Shown in pieces: positions 58,470 through 64,000 of a DNA stretch of 64,000 nucleotides; the stretch's first letter is position 1, and every line of letters starts with the position of its first letter. The stretch covers positions 1,632,001-1,696,000 of the forward strand of contig OY761159.2 of the NCBI GenBank assembly GCA_963664395.2. Direction: 5' to 3'. Both the position numbers and the translations under genes were made by a program. Below the pieces are notes generated by a model that was not told the DNA's origin, made no database searches, and worked only from the letters and a program-made list of their open reading frames with translations. This DNA is from Candidatus Binatia bacterium. Its GTDB lineage: Bacteria > Desulfobacterota > Binatia > Bin18.

Positions 58470-59438
58470 ATGCCTGAAATTAATTTTATTCAAGCGATTA
58501 ATACGGCCCTCGCCGAGGAACTCCGACACGACCCGACAACCTTCATGCTGGGCCTGGACATCTGGGTCGGCGCGTTCGGTGCAACCAGCGGTTTGACCGA
58601 TGAGTTCGGTGCCGAGCGGATTCTGAACGCCCCCATTTCAGAAGCCGGCTATGCGGGCGCCGGGGTGGGCGCAGCCATGGCGGGGATGCGGCCGATTGTT
58701 GAAATCGAGTTCGCCAGCTTTTTCTACTGCTGCTGGGACCAGGTCTGTAATCAGGCGGCCAAGCTACGTTATATGTCGGGCGGACAAGCCGACATACCTA
58801 TTACGTTTCGGGCCGTGTGCGGTGCAGTCGGCTCGGCAGCCGCCCAGCATTCCGAGACGGTCTACTCTCAGTTCATGAGTGTGCCCGGACTCAAAATTGT
58901 GGTGCCTTCAGGTCCCTACGATATGAAGGGACTCCTCAAGAGCGCCATTCGGGACAACAACCCCGTGCTGGTCTTCGAACACCTCAAACTGGGCCGGAGC
59001 AAAGAAGAAGTCCCGGAGGAGGAGTATCTTGTGCCCATCGGGCAAGCCGAGGTGAAACGCGAAGGCTCGGACGTCACTATTGTCGCGATCGGCTATATGG
59101 TCTCCCAGGCGCTCAAGGCCGCAAAAGCGCTGGAAGAGGATGGCATTTCTGCTGAAGTCGTTGACCCGCGCAGCCTTATTCCCCTGGATGAAGAGACTAT
59201 CCTGTCCTCCGTGGCCAAGACGCATAATGTCTTAGTTGTTGACGAAGGCCATCTCCGTTGCGGGGCTGCGGCAGAGATATCCGCCGTGATTGCAGATAAG
59301 GGCTTCGACTCTCTGGACGCCCCAGTCAAGCGCCTGACCGCGCCGGATGTCCCAGTCCCGTTTAGTCCGCCCTTGGAGAAGTTCATCCTTCCTAACGACA
59401 AGAAAATTTCCTCTGCTGTCAAGGAGATGCTGGGCTAA
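58470..59438 (+). CDS. TPP-dependent dehydrogenase E1 beta subunit
   Basis: APISEAG, GMRPIVEI, AAQHSE, VPVPFSPPLE. Confidence 0.9.
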   Translation: MPEINFIQAINTALAEELRHDPTTFMLGLDIWVGAFGATSGLTDEFGAERILNAPISEAGYAGAGVGAAMAGMRPIVEIEFASFFYCCWDQVCNQAAKLRYMSGGQADIPITFRAVCGAVGSAAAQHSETVYSQFMSVPGLKIVVPSGPYDMKGLLKSAIRDNNPVLVFEHLKLGRSKEEVPEEEYLVPIGQAEVKREGSDVTIVAIGYMVSQALKAAKALEEDGISAEVVDPRSLIPLDEETILSSVAKTHNVLVVDEGHLRCGAAAEISAVIADKGFDSLDAPVKRLTAPDVPVPFSPPLEKFILPNDKKISSAVKEMLG

Positions 59439-59490
59439 GTCCCTGCGCGCGCTCTTCCAAGGAATGACACGGTAAAGAAAGGATACACCT

Positions 59491-60684
59491 GTGGCCGTAG
59501 AAGTTGTAATGCCAAAGTTCGGCCTGACCATGACCGAAGGTACGATCCAACAATGGTTCAAATCCGAGGGCGATGCCATCAAAACTGGCGAAGCCCTTTT
59601 TGAGGTCGAAACCGAAAAAGTGCTGTATGAAGTTGAAGTGGCGGCGGATGGAACGGTCGCCAAACTGTTGTATGCGGTTGAAGCAGTAGTCGGCGTGGGG
59701 CTTCCAATCGCAATCATTGCGGAAGCAGGCGAAGATATCGCTGAGATTGCGGCACGGTACGCGGATGCGGCAGCCACCGCGACAGAGCCCGTTCCAGTGG
59801 CTGCTTCAGCAGCGCCCCCGGCGCCGGAAGAGAAGCGCGGCCGCGTTCCGGTGACACCCGCAGCCCGGAAGCTGGCCAAAGAACATAGTATCGATCTCGC
59901 TCTTATGACCGGGACTGGTCCCCGCGGCCGGATCACCCGCGAAGATGTGCAGAAAATTATCGATAGCGGCGGTCAAGTCGCTCCGTCGGCAGCCGCGCCG
60001 GCCGCGGCGCAAGACATTCCGTTACGCGGCATGCGGAAAGTGATTGCCGAGCGCATGCATCAGAGCCTTCAGGGCAGCGCCCAGCTCACGATCACCACAG
60101 AGGTGGATGTCACCCAGTTGATTGACCGACGTCAAGAAGTCCGCCAGGATTTTAATGCCACCTACACCGACTTCATCGTGCAGGCCTGTGCTCATGCCCT
60201 CAAGCAGCACCCGCGCATGAACGCGTCCCTCGAAGGGAATACTATTCACCTCAACAACCACATCCACGTAGGACTGGCTGTTGCGCTCGACGAGGGCTTG
60301 ATCGTGCCAGTCGTCCGGGATACGGACAAAAAATCGCTCAGGGACATTGCCGAAGAGGCCAAGACATTAGCCGAGAAAGCTCGAGCCAGCCAGCTCAAGC
60401 TCGAAGAAGTTTCTGGCGGGACGTTCACCGTCTCCAACCTTGGCATGTACGGGGTTGATAGCTTTACACCTATCATCAACGCCCCGCAGTCCGGCATTCT
60501 CGGCGTCGGCCGGATTGTTGAAAAACCGGTCATCTATCGCGGCGAGGTCACCAGGCGTTCGATGCTGGTCTTGAGCTTGACGTTTGACCACCGCGTCATA
60601 GATGGGGCCCCTGCCGGGGCGTTTCTCCAGACCGTGGCGGACCTGCTTGCCCACGGGAATCGGATTTCACTCGACGGCAGGTAA
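59491..60684 (+). CDS. Dihydrolipoamide acyltransferase E2
   Basis: Lipoyl domain (VETEKV), E3-binding GTGPRGRIT, DHRVIDGA. Confidence 0.92.
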   Translation: MAVEVVMPKFGLTMTEGTIQQWFKSEGDAIKTGEALFEVETEKVLYEVEVAADGTVAKLLYAVEAVVGVGLPIAIIAEAGEDIAEIAARYADAAATATEPVPVAASAAPPAPEEKRGRVPVTPAARKLAKEHSIDLALMTGTGPRGRITREDVQKIIDSGGQVAPSAAAPAAAQDIPLRGMRKVIAERMHQSLQGSAQLTITTEVDVTQLIDRRQEVRQDFNATYTDFIVQACAHALKQHPRMNASLEGNTIHLNNHIHVGLAVALDEGLIVPVVRDTDKKSLRDIAEEAKTLAEKARASQLKLEEVSGGTFTVSNLGMYGVDSFTPIINAPQSGILGVGRIVEKPVIYRGEVTRRSMLVLSLTFDHRVIDGAPAGAFLQTVADLLAHGNRISLDGR

Positions 60685-60705
60685 GGACAGGTAGCGGCTT
60701 GAGCA

Positions 60706-60731
60706 GCGGGGCGTGGTCGCTCCGCCCCTGC
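60706..60731. terminator. GC hairpin between convergent genes (terminator or REP)
   Basis: GGGGCG...CGCCCC stem between the E2 and acpS stops; no clear U-tract. Confidence 0.4.
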
Positions 60732-60736
60732 CATTC

Positions 60737-61123
60737 TTACAGCTCGGCCATGACCTGGGCTTCTGCCACAGCAGCCGTGTGGGTGAGCGCAAGGTGAAAG
60801 CAGCGGATACTGTGCCCGGCGGCATACTCTTTTGCTTTGCCGTGCAGGACAATCTCGGGGCGTGAGCCCCGCTGCCGTACGACCTCAACATCACACCAGC
60901 CAACATAGCGACCCCAGCCTCGTCCGAGCGCTTTCATCGTGGCTTCTTTGGCTGCAAAGCGAGCGGCATAACTCTGATACTTGGCTTTCCCACGGCGCTC
61001 GCAATACGCCTGCTCACCAGCAGTGAATACTCGGTCGCGGAAGCGTTGTCCTGTTCGGGGACGTTTGAGCGCAGCCTGGACGCGATCGACTTCGGCCAAA
61101 TCATTGCCAATGCCAAAAATCAT
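60737..61123 (-). CDS. acpS: Holo-ACP synthase
   Basis: MIFGIGND, RVFT..E, ARFAAKEA, LALTH. Confidence 0.92.
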   Translation of the reverse strand: MIFGIGNDLAEVDRVQAALKRPRTGQRFRDRVFTAGEQAYCERRGKAKYQSYAARFAAKEATMKALGRGWGRYVGWCDVEVVRQRGSRPEIVLHGKAKEYAAGHSIRCFHLALTHTAAVAEAQVMAEL

Positions 61124-61139
61124 CGCCGGTAGCCTTTGT

Positions 61140-62942
61140 CTAACACGCGTCACAACTCTGGCACGAGGTCACATCACACGGGGGCGTTTGGCGTTCCAAT
61201 AACGCCTTGCGCCATTCGACCCAAAGATAGCGCTTGTTCACGCCATGATCGATAAAGTCCCAGGGCAGCCGTTCTTCCGAGTCATATCGGCGGTAGACAA
61301 AAAAGTCAGGGTTGGGCCTGTCCTGAGCGGAGTCGAAGGAAGCGCCCGGCCGACGTTTTGCCTCACGCCGCCAGCGTTGCACCACGCTCCACCAATCGCC
61401 CCCTTGCGTGTGGATATCGAGCAGCAACTGACCGACGCGTCGATCTCCGCGTGAGAGTATGGTCTGGTAGTAGGCTTCACGCGGAGACTCGGTATCCACT
61501 GTTACGCGCGGCAGGCAGGCAAGCTGTTTCCGTAAGCCTGCCATCTTGCGCCGGATAGCGGGCAGTGCCTCCATGGGCTCCCACTGGAGGGGGGTCCACG
61601 GCTTGGGCACAAAGGCATTGACCGATAGTGTAATCCCCCCAACCTTGGCGCGTTTGCCACAAAACCGGGTATGGATCTTTTGCGTCAGCGTAACAATCGC
61701 GTCAACGTCGTCCTGGGTCTCGGTCGGCAGGCCAATCATGAAGTACAGCTTGAGGGCCTGCACCCCTCCGCCGACTAACAGTTCCGTTGCGCGGAGGATT
61801 TCCGGCTCGGTTAAGTTCTTGTTAATCACCCGGCGCATCCGTTCCGAGCCCGCTTCCGGTGCCACGGTGACCGAATGGGTATTATTGCGTCCGATAGCGT
61901 GCGCCAAGTCCTGGGTAATCACATCGGCTTTTAACGAGGACGGGGACGCCCGACCACCGGCCTGACCAATGAATTCGCACAAGCCGGCAATACCCGGCTG
62001 GCTGGCCATTTCCGCCCCAATCAGGCCAATGGTCTTCCGTTCCTGTAAACCTTGAGTCACTTGTTGTGTCAAGGCTGCCGTACTTCGGTAGCGGACGGGT
62101 CGGTACATAAATCCTGCTGCACAAAACCGACAGCCCCACTCACAGCCTCGACTGGCCTCGATGAGGAACATATCGCCAAAAACGGTTTCTTGTGTCAGGA
62201 GTTGCGACGTCGTCGGATAGGCATCCAAATCCATAACCAGGCGACGCTGCACGGTCGGCTCACCGGTTCCCGGATGTGCCGCCTGAACGTCATGGGCAAT
62301 ATGGGCAAGCCGTCCGGTCGCATCATAGGACGGGTGAAACAAGGTTGGCACATAGGCGCCGGCTATTGTACTGAGCGCCTGCAAGCTGCTTTTTGAATCG
62401 TTCTTATCCCTCTTATCCCGATCCAAAGACGCATATTGCTCCAGGAATTCCGGAATCATTTCCTCACCTTCACCGATCAAGAACAGATCAATAAAATCGG
62501 CAATTGGTTCGGGATTGAGAAAGGTCGCCGGTCCACCGGCCATGACCAAGGGATGCTGCGTAGTCCGTTCTGCGGCCCGCAGAGGGATATGCGCGGCGGC
62601 AAGAATATCAAGAATATGAAGGTAGTCCGTTTCAAACGAAATCGAGAAGGCCAGAATCTCAAAATCGGCCAGGGGCCGCTGCGTCTCCAGTGAGGCCAGC
62701 GGCGTACCAGTCCGCCTCAGCGCATCGGCCTCATCCGGGTCAGGGAGAAACGCACGCTCACAGCGGCAGCACCCATGTTGGGTAAAGATTTTGTATACGG
62801 CTTGAAATCCCAGATTAGACATCCCGACCGCATACCTGTTTGGATAAACGAGGCAGATGGGAATGTCCCCGCCCGTGGCGGCTGAAAAAACCGACTTTTC
62901 AGCCGCCAGACGTTTACGCGCCCGTTCGGTGGTCAGCCACAT
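61140..62942 (-). CDS. B12-binding-type radical SAM protein
   Basis: YPNRYAVGMSNLG, EASRGCEWGCRFC, APEAGSERMR, YFMIGLPTET, Cys-rich C-terminus. Confidence 0.88.
   Translation of the reverse strand: MWLTTERARKRLAAEKSVFSAATGGDIPICLVYPNRYAVGMSNLGFQAVYKIFTQHGCCRCERAFLPDPDEADALRRTGTPLASLETQRPLADFEILAFSISFETDYLHILDILAAAHIPLRAAERTTQHPLVMAGGPATFLNPEPIADFIDLFLIGEGEEMIPEFLEQYASLDRDKRDKNDSKSSLQALSTIAGAYVPTLFHPSYDATGRLAHIAHDVQAAHPGTGEPTVQRRLVMDLDAYPTTSQLLTQETVFGDMFLIEASRGCEWGCRFCAAGFMYRPVRYRSTAALTQQVTQGLQERKTIGLIGAEMASQPGIAGLCEFIGQAGGRASPSSLKADVITQDLAHAIGRNNTHSVTVAPEAGSERMRRVINKNLTEPEILRATELLVGGGVQALKLYFMIGLPTETQDDVDAIVTLTQKIHTRFCGKRAKVGGITLSVNAFVPKPWTPLQWEPMEALPAIRRKMAGLRKQLACLPRVTVDTESPREAYYQTILSRGDRRVGQLLLDIHTQGGDWWSVVQRWRREAKRRPGASFDSAQDRPNPDFFVYRRYDSEERLPWDFIDHGVNKRYLWVEWRKALLERQTPPCDVTSCQSCDAC
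61316..61339. repeat. REP-like element inside a CDS (in frame, SFDSAQDR)
   Basis: GCCTGTCCTGAGCGGAGTCGAAGG, same family as 26262 and 47814. Confidence 0.78.
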
Positions 62943-63021
62943 ACAGGCAGCTCTCCTCTCCCAAACAGACCGCGTTCAGCGCGTCCAGCACAACGAGAGT
63001 CTGCTCCCACGCTGGATATCA

Positions 63022-63999
63022 TTAGTTTGCCCGTTTTCGGAGAAATGCGGGCATTCCTTCGGCTGTCTCGGCGCTCTGATCCAAGTCCGGCTTTGCCGGA
63101 GAGGTGACCTGACGTTGCCCTGCTACCTGTCTCCGTGCATAGGTTGGCTGTTCCAGCACTGCTATGTCAAATTTTCCGAGAGGCATCTTTGCTCTCCCCC
63201 TACCACCCAGCGCCGCCCCCAGCGCCGGCACTCTCGGCCGCACTAATTCCTCTTCGCCAAATCCGGTTGCAATGACCGTAATGAACAGCTCTTCATCCAA
63301 CGTCTCGTCAATGACAGCGCCAAAGATAATGTTGGCCTCTTCATCAGCTTCTTCCTGTATAAGCGATGCCGCCTCATTCACTTCGTGCAGGGTGAGACTC
63401 CGTCCACCGGTCACATTGATCAGCAGGCCCCGTGCCCCACGGATCGTGATATCTTCAAGGAGCGGGCTGGTAATTGCCCGACGCGCGGCCTCTTCTGCCC
63501 GGTTCTCCCCACTCGCCGCGGCTGCCCCCATAATAGCCATCCCCATCTCGGCCATTATGGTCCGCACATCGGCAAAGTCGAGATTGATCAGACCATTCAC
63601 CATGATCAGGTCGGAAATGCCCCGGACGGCCTGGAGCAATACTTCATCCGCCTTGTGAAAAGCTTCGAGGAGTGGCTGGCTTCGGCTCGCGACTGCCAAT
63701 AAACGTTGGTTCGGAATACAAATCAGCGTATCCACATTTTCTTTCAGCTCGTGAACGCCCTCATCGGCATGTCGCATGCGACGTTTGCCCTCAAAGAGAA
63801 AGGGTTTGGTCACAACCCCAACGGTCAACGCCCCACTCTCCTTTGCAAGCCGGGCGACGATAGGCGCCCCACCGGTACCGGTTCCCCCGCCCATCCCCGC
63901 CGTAATGAAAACCATATCTGCACCGGCTAGGTGCTCCCGCAACTCGTCCTCGTTTTCCATCGTGGCATTTCGACCGACCTCGGGATTGGCGCCCGCACC
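63022..63999 (-). CDS. ftsZ: Cell division protein FtsZ, 5' end outside window
   Basis: GMGGGTGTG, KPFLFEG, NLDFADV, C-terminal PAFLRK. Confidence 0.97.
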   Translation of the reverse strand, partial: GAGANPEVGRNATMENEDELREHLAGADMVFITAGMGGGTGTGGAPIVARLAKESGALTVGVVTKPFLFEGKRRMRHADEGVHELKENVDTLICIPNQRLLAVASRSQPLLEAFHKADEVLLQAVRGISDLIMVNGLINLDFADVRTIMAEMGMAIMGAAAASGENRAEEAARRAITSPLLEDITIRGARGLLINVTGGRSLTLHEVNEAASLIQEEADEEANIIFGAVIDETLDEELFITVIATGFGEEELVRPRVPALGAALGGRGRAKMPLGKFDIAVLEQPTYARRQVAGQRQVTSPAKPDLDQSAETAEGMPAFLRKRAN

Positions 64000-64000
64000 G

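Noticed and set aside
1-64000. tRNA, rRNA, CRISPR array, prophage, transposase or reverse transcriptase
   Set aside because: None recognised in the ORFs or intergenic gaps by eye; a tRNAscan/Infernal run would be needed to exclude small RNAs.

Overview
A GC-rich bacterial chromosome segment. The gene complement is consistent with an uncultured deltaproteobacterium-like lineage such as Binatia; this is inference only. It is mostly housekeeping and metabolic genes: rsmD-coaD-aminotransferase, gloB, pdhAB, recQ, recN, DUF58/vWA genes, gpmA, engB, an LpxL-type acyltransferase, a second TPP-dependent dehydrogenase E1a/E1b/E2 set, acpS and ftsZ. Several small accessory patches interrupt it, and none has an integrase or transposase. 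(1) An orphan TIR-domain gene trails a decayed DNA-methyltransferase 3' end. (2) A ~2.5 kb insert (hicAB, TA fragments, a broken cytochrome c gene) is bracketed by two diverged copies of the last 78 nt of recN. (3) A ~6.4 kb defence-like island carries a helical-protein + PD-(D/E)xK nuclease pair (Olokun-like architecture) behind a captured antitoxin promoter, a broken Tle1/DUF2235 lipase and a stand-alone RelA/SpoT synthetase. Other candidates for undescribed systems are an MMPL/RND transporter fused to a cyclic-nucleotide-binding domain, head-to-head with a class III cyclase-AAA-TPR protein, and an engB-GT2-unknown-SplB-like radical SAM operon. There is also an uncalled 50-aa prepilin-like ORF, and REP-like palindromes sit in frame inside several proteins. 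No rRNA, tRNA or CRISPR array was seen. All family assignments come from motif recognition by eye; no database search was run.
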